40,860 nt of DNA from an uncultured Ruficoccus sp. (lineage in GTDB: Bacteria > Verrucomicrobiota > Verrucomicrobiia > Opitutales > Cerasicoccaceae), in the NCBI GenBank assembly GCA_965140785.1, contig OZ223485.1, positions 1-40,860 on the forward strand, given 5' to 3'. Below, piece by piece: positions 19,414 through 29,353 of the stretch (positions are counted from its first letter, which is position 1; each line of letters starts with the position of its first letter). The notes under the pieces were generated by a model. That model was not told the DNA's origin. It did not search any database and saw only the letters and a list, made by a program, of their open reading frames with translations. Position numbers and translations under genes: made by a program.

Positions 19414-20118
19414 TTATTCCCCGTCGTTGCCGCGGCGTTCTTCCTCGCGGCAGTCGTTCATGACGCGCAGCCAGACCTCGCGCAGGTCGAAGAGCGTGCG
19501 GGTGGTCTCGGCCTGGAAGAGGCGGAGGATGCGCACGTTCTTGATCGTGAGCTTCTGCAGGAGAGCGAGGCTGTGGTTGATAGCCGAGAGGGAGTTCTTC
19601 AGGTGGCAGATGGTCAGGTTGAAGTCGCCCATATCTAGGGCGTTGATCGCCATGACCGCGTTGATCTCGCCCGCGTGCAGACTGGCCGAGAAGCGACCGA
19701 CCGCGACCGGGTTGAGCGAACGCTGGTTCTGCAACGTGAACATCTCCCAGCACTTGAACAGGTGCTGGTAAAGGCCGTGCGTGACGATGAAGACCGGGTG
19801 CTTGTGGATCGTGTACGGGTCCAGGTCGGTCTCCGGCTCGCGGCGCTGGCGCTCGGGTTCCTCGGCGCTATCGTTGGAGAAATCGCTGTCTTCGGCCATT
19901 TCGCCGGGGGACCATTCCTCGCTGTCCCAGCCCATGATGCGGGCGATGGTATCGAGATGATCGGGCTCGTGTTTGAGTTTGTGGTAGTGGTTGAGGAAGT
20001 CGGAAATTTCGCGTTCGTTTTCCCTCAGGTACCGCTGCCAGTCGTACTCATTCCAGGCCAATTCTTCATTCTGATCCCAATCTCCGTCTGAAAAGTTTTC
20101 GAAATCGAATCCGCTCAT
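19414..20118 (-). CDS. Hypothetical protein (acidic Trp-rich N-terminus, helical C-terminus)
   Basis: 234-aa ORF with host-like high-GC3 codons, AT-rich upstream region, stop convergent with the previous gene; no family recognised. Confidence 0.8.
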   Translation of the reverse strand: MSGFDFENFSDGDWDQNEELAWNEYDWQRYLRENEREISDFLNHYHKLKHEPDHLDTIARIMGWDSEEWSPGEMAEDSDFSNDSAEEPERQRREPETDLDPYTIHKHPVFIVTHGLYQHLFKCWEMFTLQNQRSLNPVAVGRFSASLHAGEINAVMAINALDMGDFNLTICHLKNSLSAINHSLALLQKLTIKNVRILRLFQAETTRTLFDLREVWLRVMNDCREEERRGNDGE

Positions 20119-20400
20119 ATGGCGTGCCTGGGTTGGCGGTTAATGCTTGAGGCTAATGTTTCCCAGCGTCTGGAAATTTTCAATCACCAATTACACTTAA
20201 GTTATATCGTGCTCTAGTCCAGCAGGTAAGAGGCCAATTTTTTCAAATTCCGGCTCGCCCCGCCGGGGGCATTTCTGTTTTTCTATCCTCCTGTCTATCA
20301 GAGCCAAGCCCCCGGCAGGATATTTCATCCCTGCGCCTGCGCCGGTTCCGGCGCCCTGTCGCACCGTCTATCCCGCCGCTTTACGAGGTGCCTCCTCCCT

Positions 20401-20443
20401 CGAACGCTCAAACTCCCAAACCTTCAAGCTCTCAAACTTCTAA
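20401..20443. repeat. Degenerate 8-bp tandem repeat
   Basis: CGCTCAAA-CTCCCAAA-CCTTCAAG-CTCTCAAA-CTTCTAA just upstream of the acylphosphatase ATG. Confidence 0.6.
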
Positions 20444-20453
20444 CCCGGTTTCT

Positions 20454-20735
20454 ATGTCCGAGTCCGTTTTTGCCGCCGATGTTCACTTTTCCGGTCATGT
20501 TCAGGGCGTGGGCTTCCGCTACTCGACGCTTCAGGTGGCCAAGGAGTTTGCCGTGACCGGCGAGGTCAAGAACTTGGCCGACGGCCGCGTCTATGTGCGG
20601 GCTGAGGGAGAGCGGGCCGAGGTGGAGGCCTTCATCGAGGAAGTGCGCCGCACCCTGCGCTCCTACATCCGCGAGGTGGAAGTGAAAACTGAAACTTGCA
20701 TTTCTCATACTCGCGGCTTTACTATCACTCGTTAA
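20454..20735 (+). CDS. acyP: Acylphosphatase
   Basis: SGHVQGVGFRY and VTGEVKNLADGRV signatures; 93 aa. Confidence 0.93.
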   Translation: MSESVFAADVHFSGHVQGVGFRYSTLQVAKEFAVTGEVKNLADGRVYVRAEGERAEVEAFIEEVRRTLRSYIREVEVKTETCISHTRGFTITR

Positions 20736-21592
20736 TGGAATCCCCCGCCATTCGTATCCATAGTCTCGTCAAGGACTTTCGCATCGGCCTGCGCGGCTGG
20801 AAGCTGCGGGCCGTGGACGATGTCACCCTCGACATTCACGACAACGAGGTCTTCGGCCTGCTCGGGCCCAACGGCTGCGGCAAGAGTACCACGATGAAGG
20901 TCGTGCTGGGCCTGCTGGAGCCGACCTCCGGCGGCTGCGAGATCTACGGCGTGCCCAGCGCACAGGTCAAATCCCGGCTCAACGTCGGCTTCCTGCCCGA
21001 GGCCCCGTACTTCTACCGTTACCTGACCGGACGCGAGCTTTTGAAATTTTACGCCAAGGTTTGCAGTGTCGAGTCGGGCAAAATCAAGTCCCGCATCACG
21101 GAGCTGCTTGAACTGGTCGGCCTGACCGAAGCGGCGGACCGGCGCGTGGGCACCTACTCGAAGGGGATGCTTCAGCGCATCGGCATCGCTCAGGCCATCG
21201 TCCACGATCCCAAGCTGATCATCCTGGACGAGCCCACCGCAGGCGTTGACCCGCTCGGCTCAGCCGCTATCGCGCAGCTCGTCCGTGAGCTCAGGGCCCA
21301 GGGCAAGACCATCCTGCTATGCTCGCATCTGTTGGCGCAGGTTGAGGGCGTGTGTGACCGTGTGGCCATTATGGACCGCGGCAAGGTCGTGCTGGAGGGC
21401 AAGGTGAACGACCTGCTGAGCAAGCACGACCAGCAATCCCTGCTGGTGGATAAATTCCCCGAGGCCGCCCGGGCCGATGTCGAGGCGGCGCTGGCCAAAC
21501 ACGGGGCCAAGCTGGTCGAGGTGGACACGCCCCGCATCAGCCTGGACGATCTTTTCCTCAAACACACCGGCAAAGGAAAGGGGGGTAAGTAA
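20735..21592 (+). CDS. ABC transporter ATP-binding protein
   Basis: Walker A GPNGCGKST, signature YSKGMLQR, Walker B LIILDEP, H-loop CSH; TAATG overlap with the acylphosphatase stop. Confidence 0.95.
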   Translation: MESPAIRIHSLVKDFRIGLRGWKLRAVDDVTLDIHDNEVFGLLGPNGCGKSTTMKVVLGLLEPTSGGCEIYGVPSAQVKSRLNVGFLPEAPYFYRYLTGRELLKFYAKVCSVESGKIKSRITELLELVGLTEAADRRVGTYSKGMLQRIGIAQAIVHDPKLIILDEPTAGVDPLGSAAIAQLVRELRAQGKTILLCSHLLAQVEGVCDRVAIMDRGKVVLEGKVNDLLSKHDQQSLLVDKFPEAARADVEAALAKHGAKLVEVDTPRISLDDLFLKHTGKGKGGK

Positions 21593-21597
21593 TCGTC

Positions 21598-22437
21598 ATG
21601 AGTGGTTCCTGTCACCGTATTTTCACCATTGGGCGCAACACCTTCTTGGACGCCGTCCGGCAGAAGTTTTTTAACGCCCTGGTCATTCTTTCCATCGCGC
21701 TGATCGTCAGCTCGCGTTTTTTCCGCCAGTTCGACTTCGGCAGCGGCGAGTTGAAGTTCATCGCGGATTTCGGCTTGGGGGCGATCCTGCTCTTTGGCTC
21801 GATCCTGGCCGTTGTCGCCACCGCGCAGCTCTTTTACGGCGAGATCGAGAACCGCACCGCCCTGACCATCCTGGCCAAGCCGGTACACCGCTGGGAGTTT
21901 CTCTCGGGGAAGTTCCTGGGCGTGTTCATGCTCTTGCTGGTCTTTACCGTGCTCATGGCGGGCATCCTCGGCGTCATGCTTTACTGGCGCGAGAGCGCGC
22001 TCATGGACCGGTACGGGGAGCAGTTCGAGGGGCACCGCATGGTCAGCTACCTGGGGCTGGCGGGCTTTGCGGCCTTGCAGTGGATCAAGCTCGGTGTGCT
22101 CTGTGCGATCACGCTGTTCATCTCCAGTTTCTCCAACACCAACCTCTACTCGGTGGTCGTGTCGTTCTTCGTCCTGATCATCTGCCAGCTTCAGTACATC
22201 GCCCGCGACAGCTGGGAAAACATCGGCAACCCGGTGCTCAAGGGCCTGGTCTGGGCGCTGAGCCTGCTGTTCCCGAATTTTCAGATGTTCAACGTCGGGG
22301 ACGTCATGCTCTTCCCGCACGAGGCGACCGAGTCGCTGGGGGTTGGCACGCCGTGGGCCATCGCCGGTTACGGTGTGGTGTACATTCTTGTTTTCATCGG
22401 GTTGGCGGTTTACGCCTTCCGTCGTCGCGAAATCTAA
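21598..22437 (+). CDS. ABC-2-type transporter permease
   Basis: About 6 TM helices; EIENRTALTILAKPVHRWEFLSGKFLG motif; ends FRRREI. Confidence 0.9.
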   Translation: MSGSCHRIFTIGRNTFLDAVRQKFFNALVILSIALIVSSRFFRQFDFGSGELKFIADFGLGAILLFGSILAVVATAQLFYGEIENRTALTILAKPVHRWEFLSGKFLGVFMLLLVFTVLMAGILGVMLYWRESALMDRYGEQFEGHRMVSYLGLAGFAALQWIKLGVLCAITLFISSFSNTNLYSVVVSFFVLIICQLQYIARDSWENIGNPVLKGLVWALSLLFPNFQMFNVGDVMLFPHEATESLGVGTPWAIAGYGVVYILVFIGLAVYAFRRREI

Positions 22438-22440
22438 GCC

Positions 22441-23382
22441 ATGGACCTCAAGCGCAATATCTGGGTGCGGCGTGCGCTGACCTGCGTGGTCTGTGTCTGC
22501 GTCCTGCTCATTGTCGGCCTGATTGTCTCGCCCTTGCAGCGTAGCGCCTGGGGCCAAGTCCGCTCGCTTCAGCCCGAGCTCAACCTGAAGAAGGTCGAGG
22601 GCGCACTGGGGCAGGGGCTGGTTGTCGGCCTGCTGGGCGGCTTCCGCACCATCATCGCGGACATGGTTTTCATCCGCGCCAATGTTTACTGGGAGAAAAA
22701 GGACCGCGAAAAAACCGAGGCCCTGATCAACCTGACCACCGCCATCGACCCGCGCCCCATGTTTTTCTGGCTCAATGGCTCGCGCATCATGGCCTACGAC
22801 ATCCCGATCTGGCGTATCCGCGAGGCTGGGGGTCTGGACGAGGTCCCCAAGAGCGTGCAGGACCAGATTTATAAGGAGCAGGCCGAGCGCGGCATCGACT
22901 TGATCGACAGTGCCGGTCAGTACCATCCGGGCGACTACCGCGTCCCGCTGGAAAAAGCCCAGATCTACAACAACAAGCTCAAGGACAAGGAAAAGGCCGC
23001 CGAGTACTTCCTCAAGGCCTACCACGCCGAGGACGGTCCCTACTACACGGCCCGTATCTATGCCGAGCTGCTGCGCCAGATGGATCGCCAGCAGGAGGCC
23101 TACGACTTTTACCGTGAGCTCTACCGGGATCTGCCTGACGACGATATGCGCGCGAACAAGCCCGTCATCCTGGAACGCATCCGCGAACTGGAGAAGGAGC
23201 TCAACACGCCCGCCGTCCAGCGCCTCCCTGCCCAGACCGGCGAACGCTACCTGCCCGGCTACATGGAGGAGCAATTGCCCATCGGCGTTTCCAAGCCCCT
23301 CGGCGACACCCAGATACCGCCCGGCGAAATTTATCCCGATCCGGGCATGTCCATGGACGGCCACGAGGGCCACAGCCACTGA
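22441..23382 (+). CDS. Membrane-anchored TPR-like hypothetical protein associated with the ABC pair
   Basis: N-terminal TM, LLGGFRTIIAD..W motif, helical repeats (KDKEKAAEYFLKA, YAELLRQMDRQQEAYDFY), His-rich tail GHEGHSH; starts 4 bp after the permease. Confidence 0.75.
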   Translation: MDLKRNIWVRRALTCVVCVCVLLIVGLIVSPLQRSAWGQVRSLQPELNLKKVEGALGQGLVVGLLGGFRTIIADMVFIRANVYWEKKDREKTEALINLTTAIDPRPMFFWLNGSRIMAYDIPIWRIREAGGLDEVPKSVQDQIYKEQAERGIDLIDSAGQYHPGDYRVPLEKAQIYNNKLKDKEKAAEYFLKAYHAEDGPYYTARIYAELLRQMDRQQEAYDFYRELYRDLPDDDMRANKPVILERIRELEKELNTPAVQRLPAQTGERYLPGYMEEQLPIGVSKPLGDTQIPPGEIYPDPGMSMDGHEGHSH

Positions 23383-23551
23383 GCCAGTGTCAACCTGCTT
23401 GGATAAAACAGGTAGGATTTAACAGGTAGGCCGGGAAGGCCGAAACGAAGAAAATACGCTCCTGTTCGACCCGGCTCATGCGGAATGGGCCGGATATTTC
23501 GTTGAATCTGTGCTATCCGTTTAAACCTTAAACGCCTAAGGCGGTGGTGGC

Positions 23552-24346
23552 TTACAGAATCCCCGGCATCTGCGGGAGCCAGAGGGCGATGGTGTGGTTG
23601 AGCGAGCCATCTTCCGTCATGGCGGCGAGGGCGTCGTCGACTTTCTGCTGGAGGCTGGTGTCGTCCTTGCGCATGGCCCAGCCGAGATATTCGATGGTCA
23701 GGTTCTGCGGGACGGCCACGATTTCGTCTCCGGCACGCTTGGAGGCGAGCCAGAGCACGACGGGCGAGTCATAGATAAAGAGGTCCACCTGGCCGCGCAC
23801 GAGCGCGTCCGTGGCTTCCTTGGGGGTGGAGTACTCGACCGGCTTGGCGCGGGGAAAGTGGTTGTCCACGAAGTGCGCGCCGGTGGTGTCGGTGATGACC
23901 CCGGCTTTGGCGCGGGTGCTGAGGATGTTCTTGATCGAGTTGTAGCGGACCTTGTCCTCGCTGCGGACCATGGCCATCTGGCCGTACTCCAGGTAAGGCT
24001 CGGAGAAGGTGACGACTTCCTCGCGCTCCTGCGTGATGGTCATACCCGACATGATGATGTCGATCCGTTTGTCCTTCAGGGCTGGGATCTGCTCGTCCCA
24101 GGGCAGTTCGACGAACTGCACCGGGCGGTTGAGCTGCTTGCCCAGCAGGCGGGCCAGGTCGATCTCAACCCCGTCGAGGTTCTCACCGGTCTTGAAGACC
24201 ATGGGCGGCGAGTCCGGCGTCACGCCCACCTTGAGCGGGGCCACGCGGAAGGGGCTCAGGTTGGGGCGGGACGTGTCCTGCCCGAAAAGGGGGAGCGCCA
24301 GAGTGAAGATCAGGAGGAAGCGGAGGAGGTGAGAGCGGATGTACAT
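23552..24346 (-). CDS. Polar amino-acid ABC transporter substrate-binding protein (family 3), orphan
   Basis: Signal peptide; LKVGVTPDSPPM, GVEIDLA, WDEQIPALKDKRIDIIMSGMTITQER..FSEPY. Confidence 0.92.
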   Translation of the reverse strand: MYIRSHLLRFLLIFTLALPLFGQDTSRPNLSPFRVAPLKVGVTPDSPPMVFKTGENLDGVEIDLARLLGKQLNRPVQFVELPWDEQIPALKDKRIDIIMSGMTITQEREEVVTFSEPYLEYGQMAMVRSEDKVRYNSIKNILSTRAKAGVITDTTGAHFVDNHFPRAKPVEYSTPKEATDALVRGQVDLFIYDSPVVLWLASKRAGDEIVAVPQNLTIEYLGWAMRKDDTSLQQKVDDALAAMTEDGSLNHTIALWLPQMPGIL

Positions 24347-24506
24347 GCGTGTTCCGAACTATCGCCACCAAGGCCGAAAAAGCCAGTCAAAAGCAGGGCC
24401 GGACGGGACATTTCGCCCCCCGGACGTGCTCCAGTGTCGCATTTTTCATCGTTCGAGCTCGTTTCCGCGCTTGAGAAGGCGAGCGTGCGCGACATTATTG
24501 GGCGGC

Positions 24507-25451
24507 ATGCGACTGCTCCCTTGGAAGATTTTCTCTCTCCTGCTCATCGGCCTCTTCCCGGCCCTTTCCCTGTTCGGACAGGACGGGGACCCGGCGGGCA
24601 AATACGCCTACAGCCCGGCTCCCGGGGCAGACTGGGACGAGTGGCACGATGTCAATGACGAGGCTTGGGACAGCTTTGCCAGTTTCGATATGGAGGAGTG
24701 GTTCGGGACCTGGGACGAGCAGTCCATCGCCCTGAAGTTCAGCTACGAGTCGCAGACGGTGATCTGGGGCTCTCAGGCCGCCCAGCAGTCCATCCAGCCT
24801 GAGCTGGTCTGGCTCGGCCCGCTGTTCGGCGGGGAGGGTTACACCTCGGTCAAGGGCATCATCCCGCTGGATTCACGCTTCTCGGAGCAGATGTTTATTT
24901 ATGGTGGTTGGAAGTACCACCTGACGCCGGACTTCGACGTGGATATCGGCGGTAATATCGTCCTGTCCACGAACCAGAATTACGGGCCCGGCGTGCCGAC
25001 GCCCTGGGGCTCCGGCTGGTCCGACCGCGGGACGGTTTATATCGGTCTCATCGCCGACTGCTTCCTGCATCCGGCTGTATACGCCGAGTACGACTTCATG
25101 CTCGATCAGAAGAACCTCATCTTCATCATCCAGCAGGACTGGGATCTGCATGAGGAGCTGGGTCTGCCCGAGGGCTTCGTGCTGGACTTCGAGTCGCGCT
25201 TCGGCTGGCTCTCGGCCAATGCCTGGCTGGGCAACGGACGCGCTCCCAACGGCCAGCAGTGGCGCAACGGCTACGTCTATTCCGAGAGCAAGCTCGACCT
25301 GATCTACAACATCACCGAGCAACTCTCCACCTATGTCGGCGTCCGCTACGCCTGGAACAACGACGGGACGGGCCCGACCGGGATCAATAACATCGATATG
25401 GGGCCGGACAGCATGGTCTGGTTCGGCGCGGGTATCGGTTACGAGTTTTAG
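24507..25451 (+). CDS. Probable outer-membrane beta-barrel protein of unknown function
   Basis: Signal peptide, amphipathic aromatic-rich beta strands, C-terminal BAM-type signal WFGAGIGYEF. Confidence 0.75.
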   Translation: MRLLPWKIFSLLLIGLFPALSLFGQDGDPAGKYAYSPAPGADWDEWHDVNDEAWDSFASFDMEEWFGTWDEQSIALKFSYESQTVIWGSQAAQQSIQPELVWLGPLFGGEGYTSVKGIIPLDSRFSEQMFIYGGWKYHLTPDFDVDIGGNIVLSTNQNYGPGVPTPWGSGWSDRGTVYIGLIADCFLHPAVYAEYDFMLDQKNLIFIIQQDWDLHEELGLPEGFVLDFESRFGWLSANAWLGNGRAPNGQQWRNGYVYSESKLDLIYNITEQLSTYVGVRYAWNNDGTGPTGINNIDMGPDSMVWFGAGIGYEF

Positions 25452-25507
25452 CCAACTGGCGGTGACAAAGGGTTGCCTCGGGCGATCTTCTGCGTTCACA
25501 GTATCTC

Positions 25508-25912
25508 ATGCGTCAAACCTTCCTCTTATCCGGTTTGTTATTTGCGCTGGCTTGGGTCACCGGCTGCGTTTCCGAGGACACCTTCCGCCACCCGCCGCCA
25601 GCGCCGCTGGCGGGCGAGTGGGTCAACGGAGACAATGGCAACGCCCTGCAGTTCCAGGTCAACAACCGCTTCTCCCTCGTTATTCCCGGCGAGAAGCCGC
25701 AGCACCTGACCGGCTGGGCCTACTACCCGCAGAGCAATCACGTCAGCCTCGAGTTCGACTCGCGCCTGGGGATGTGCCCGGGGACGACCGGCGTCTATCT
25801 GTACAAGCGCGATGGCGGCACTCTGACCCTGACGCTGGTGCAGGACGACTGCGAGGAACGGGTCAAAATGCTCGCCGGCAACTGGAAATCTGCCGACTCG
25901 GGCTGGTTCTAG
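25508..25912 (+). CDS. Small lipoprotein, hypothetical
   Basis: Lipobox-like LAWVTG-C; LAGEW motif of lipocalin-like beta-barrels; two further Cys that may form a disulfide. Confidence 0.72.
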   Translation: MRQTFLLSGLLFALAWVTGCVSEDTFRHPPPAPLAGEWVNGDNGNALQFQVNNRFSLVIPGEKPQHLTGWAYYPQSNHVSLEFDSRLGMCPGTTGVYLYKRDGGTLTLTLVQDDCEERVKMLAGNWKSADSGWF

Positions 25913-26029
25913 CGCGCCTGACATCCGCGGCCGTCGAAGCCTGATCGCAGCAAGGCTTGGCGGACGGGAAGGGATTTTTTGTCACTCTAGCGGTTGCGCC
26001 TGGGGCGGAATGGCCCTAACGTCCCCTGC

Positions 26030-29000
26030 ATGATGGCGGATAAACCCCGACGCAAATGGCCCAAACGCGTCGCTCTGACGTTGGTCGGGCTGGTCCTCTT
26101 TTATACGGTTTTCGGATTTTGGGGCGTGCCCTTGTTGATCCGCTATGTGGCCTTGCCCAACCTCAACGACTCCATCGCCGGTCATGGGGAGATCGAGGCC
26201 ATCTACTTCAACCCCTACACCTACAATCTCGAGATCGACGGGATGAAGGGCTATACGCCCGATGAACAGGAGGCAATCGGTCTGGCGCAACTGCGCATCG
26301 ACTTCGACTTCTTCTCCCTTTTCGGGGATAACTTGCGTTTCGGGGAGATCTACTTTGGGGAGCCGTCATTCAACCTCGTCATCGACAAGGACGGCAACGT
26401 CAACATCGAGAGTGCCCTCGCCTCCATTCAGGAGCAGGTGCAGGGTCAGATGGAGGAGCAGGCCAAGTCGAAGGAGCCCTTTGAAATTCCTGTTATCGAG
26501 GTGGAGCGGTTGCAGGTGGAAAACGCCTCTCTGAGTGCGCGGATGGAGAATCTGGAAGAGCCCTTCGAGCGCAATGTCCGCAACCTGTCCTTTGTCATGG
26601 AGGACATCCGCACCTCCCCGGACCGCAACAACCCCTACCACTTCACCTTTAATACGGTCGCCGGCGAGCAGGTTGACATCGACGGGACCATCAAGCTCGA
26701 TCCGCTCAGTTCGGATGGCTCCGTCCGCATCGACAAGATCAAGCTGCCCGACTTTTTCCGGCTCACCAACGATCAGCTCGGCTTCGCCATGGCCGGGGGG
26801 GAGATGAGCCTCTCGTTCGACTATGTCTTCCGACCCGTGCGCGAACCGCGGGAGCTGTATATCGAGAACGGTCACTTTCTGCTGGAGGGACTTGACCTGC
26901 GCCCCCGCGGCTCGGACGAACCCTTCCAGACGCTGGAGCGCTTCGAGATGAACGGTATTTCCGTGTACATTTTCCGCGGCGCGGTCTCCGTTGATCAGAT
27001 CGATGTCATCAACGGCACGCTCAAAGTCACCCGCGACAAGGCCGGGGTGCTCAGCCTCCTGCGCTACATCACCCCCGCCGAGCATCAGGCCGAGCTGGAG
27101 CAGCAGGTCGCTCAAGAGAAAAAAGCCGACCAGGAGGCCCACGAATTTGTCTTCGGCCTCATTGCTGACCAGCAGGACATCGGCCTGGCCTTCACCTCCG
27201 CCTGGAAGCAGCTCCAGGAAATGGTCGAGGTGACGTGGGACTTGAAAGTGGGCGAACTCAACGTCCAGAACCAGAACCTCGTCCTGACCGACGAGGTGCC
27301 GGCCCGTCCGGTCAAGGTTACCCTCGGCAACATTAACCTGAAGGTGACCGACATGGCCAACCAGAGCGAGACACCTTTCCCCTTCGATCTCTCGCTCGCC
27401 GTCAACGACTCCGGCCAGGTCACGGCTAAGGGCACCTTCACCTCGGTGCCGCCCGCAGTGGACTTTCAGTATGATGTTACCGGGATCGACCTGACCGCCT
27501 TCAGCCCGTATGTCGAGGCCTCCTCTCCGGCCCGGCTCAATAGCGCCGTCCTCGCCAACAAGGGCACACTCAAAGCCAGCTTCCCCGACCAGGCACTGCC
27601 GAGTGTGGAAGGGCGCTTTAATGTCTCGCTCTCCAACTTCGACGCCACGGTGGGCGCGCCTCTCTACAGCGCCGAGCAGCCCCTGCGCGTCAAGGCCGGG
27701 CGGATGGCCCAGAGCGGCCGCGTCAGCGCGACTTTCCCCGAGGACAAGGAGCCGGACATGACCTCCCTCGTCGATGTGACGGTGGATAATTTCTCCCTCG
27801 CCCGTGGCGACGCCGCCGAGCCGCCTCTGAGTTGGAACAAGCTCAGCGTCACCGGCATCGATAGCGCCACGGTGCCGCTCAAGGTCAAGGTCGATACCCT
27901 CACGCTCGACCAGCTCAAGGCCACCGTCGTACGCAGGGCCGACGGCGAGCTGAACCTGATGGAGCTGGCTCCGCAGACCCCCGAGACCCCGGCAGGTAAG
28001 GAAACCGCTGCGACCCAGCAGGCTGCTGCTGACGACACAGACGTGGCTGCTCAGGACGCCTCTGCATCTACCCCTACAGAGGCCCCCGCCGCTCCGGACG
28101 AGGCGCCCGCATTCGACCCGGCGGCTTTCGGGCTGAACCGCTTCGTGCTCAAGGGAGGGACGGTCAAGGTGACCGACGAGAGCGTGACACCGGCCGCTGA
28201 TTTTACCCTCAAGGACATGGACGTCACCGCCGGTCCATTCAGCCTCGTCCCCGGCTCCATGACCGATGTGGACACCACCCTGAAACTCGAAAACGGCGGC
28301 ACCGGTACCATCGCGGTCAAGGGCACCGCCTTACTGGAGGACCCGTTGACCCAGTCCAAGATGACCATCGCCCTCGACGGCGTGCCGATGGCGGGCTTCT
28401 CCGGTTATGCCGTGCAGGCGGTGGGATCGCCGCTGACCGGGGGCTCTTTCAGTGCCGATCTCGCCTACGATATCAAGGCCGACGACCTCAAGGGCGACAA
28501 CAAGCTCAAGATCACCAAGGTCCGCTTCGGCAAACGCGTTCCCGACTCCAAGGCACCGAAGCTTCCGCTCGATCTCGGCATCGCCGTGATGGAAAACCGC
28601 AGCGGCATCATCGACCTGAATGTGCCGATCCACGGCAGCCTGGACGACCCCAAGTTCACCCTCGACAATGTCATCCAGAATGCGCTGGGCAATATCTTCG
28701 AAAAGGTCGCCACCGCGCCCTTCGCCCTGCTGGGGGCAGCCTTTGGCTCGGGCAAGGAACCGCCACCCTCTCAGGTGGCCTTTGCCGCTGGCAGCGCCGA
28801 GCTGCCTGCCGCCGCGCAGGAGCCGCTCGCTCTGCTGGCTAAAGCGCTGGGCGACCGTCCGGCCCTCGCCCTCAAGCTCGTCCCTTCCGTCGATATGCAG
28901 AAGGACGTGGCCTATTTCCGTGAGCAGTTCGTGCTGGAGGACATTGATGAGCTGGTCGCCAAGGGCGAGGACGAGGAGGACGCGATCGAGGAGCTTTTCG

Positions 29001-29269
29001 ATAAAGCCTTTCCCGACGGCCTGCCGCCCAAGCAGGATGGCTCTCCGGTATCTCTTACGCCTGGCGTAATGAAGGCTAAGCTGATCGAAGTTGAGGACGT
29101 GCCCGATACCGCCCTGCGCGGGCTGGCCCACCAGCGGGCCGACGAAGTGAAGGAGTTCATGGTCTCGCAGCAGAAGCTCGACGCCGCCCGCATCACCGAG
29201 AATCCCCCCGAGGGCGGTTTCGCCAAGGACGGCTCCAAGGTTAGCTTCGAGCTCGGGGTGGCGAAGTAG
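26030..29269 (+). CDS. DUF748/AsmA-like envelope protein
   Basis: N-terminal anchor LFYTVFGFWGVP, IYFNPY, repeated beta-rich units (RDKAGVLSL, RRADGELNL), LPLDLGIAVMENRSGIIDLNVPIHGSLDDPKF, ATAPFALLG, OmpA-like tail LAHQRADEVK. Confidence 0.88.
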   Translation: MMADKPRRKWPKRVALTLVGLVLFYTVFGFWGVPLLIRYVALPNLNDSIAGHGEIEAIYFNPYTYNLEIDGMKGYTPDEQEAIGLAQLRIDFDFFSLFGDNLRFGEIYFGEPSFNLVIDKDGNVNIESALASIQEQVQGQMEEQAKSKEPFEIPVIEVERLQVENASLSARMENLEEPFERNVRNLSFVMEDIRTSPDRNNPYHFTFNTVAGEQVDIDGTIKLDPLSSDGSVRIDKIKLPDFFRLTNDQLGFAMAGGEMSLSFDYVFRPVREPRELYIENGHFLLEGLDLRPRGSDEPFQTLERFEMNGISVYIFRGAVSVDQIDVINGTLKVTRDKAGVLSLLRYITPAEHQAELEQQVAQEKKADQEAHEFVFGLIADQQDIGLAFTSAWKQLQEMVEVTWDLKVGELNVQNQNLVLTDEVPARPVKVTLGNINLKVTDMANQSETPFPFDLSLAVNDSGQVTAKGTFTSVPPAVDFQYDVTGIDLTAFSPYVEASSPARLNSAVLANKGTLKASFPDQALPSVEGRFNVSLSNFDATVGAPLYSAEQPLRVKAGRMAQSGRVSATFPEDKEPDMTSLVDVTVDNFSLARGDAAEPPLSWNKLSVTGIDSATVPLKVKVDTLTLDQLKATVVRRADGELNLMELAPQTPETPAGKETAATQQAAADDTDVAAQDASASTPTEAPAAPDEAPAFDPAAFGLNRFVLKGGTVKVTDESVTPAADFTLKDMDVTAGPFSLVPGSMTDVDTTLKLENGGTGTIAVKGTALLEDPLTQSKMTIALDGVPMAGFSGYAVQAVGSPLTGGSFSADLAYDIKADDLKGDNKLKITKVRFGKRVPDSKAPKLPLDLGIAVMENRSGIIDLNVPIHGSLDDPKFTLDNVIQNALGNIFEKVATAPFALLGAAFGSGKEPPPSQVAFAAGSAELPAAAQEPLALLAKALGDRPALALKLVPSVDMQKDVAYFREQFVLEDIDELVAKGEDEEDAIEELFDKAFPDGLPPKQDGSPVSLTPGVMKAKLIEVEDVPDTALRGLAHQRADEVKEFMVSQQKLDAARITENPPEGGFAKDGSKVSFELGVAK

Positions 29270-29353
29270 GCACTTGGGTTTATCTTGCTGTTGCCCTGAC
29301 TGGAGGACGCAAATTTTCTCGCTTTGGCCCGGACAATGGTGAGAAATGCGCGC

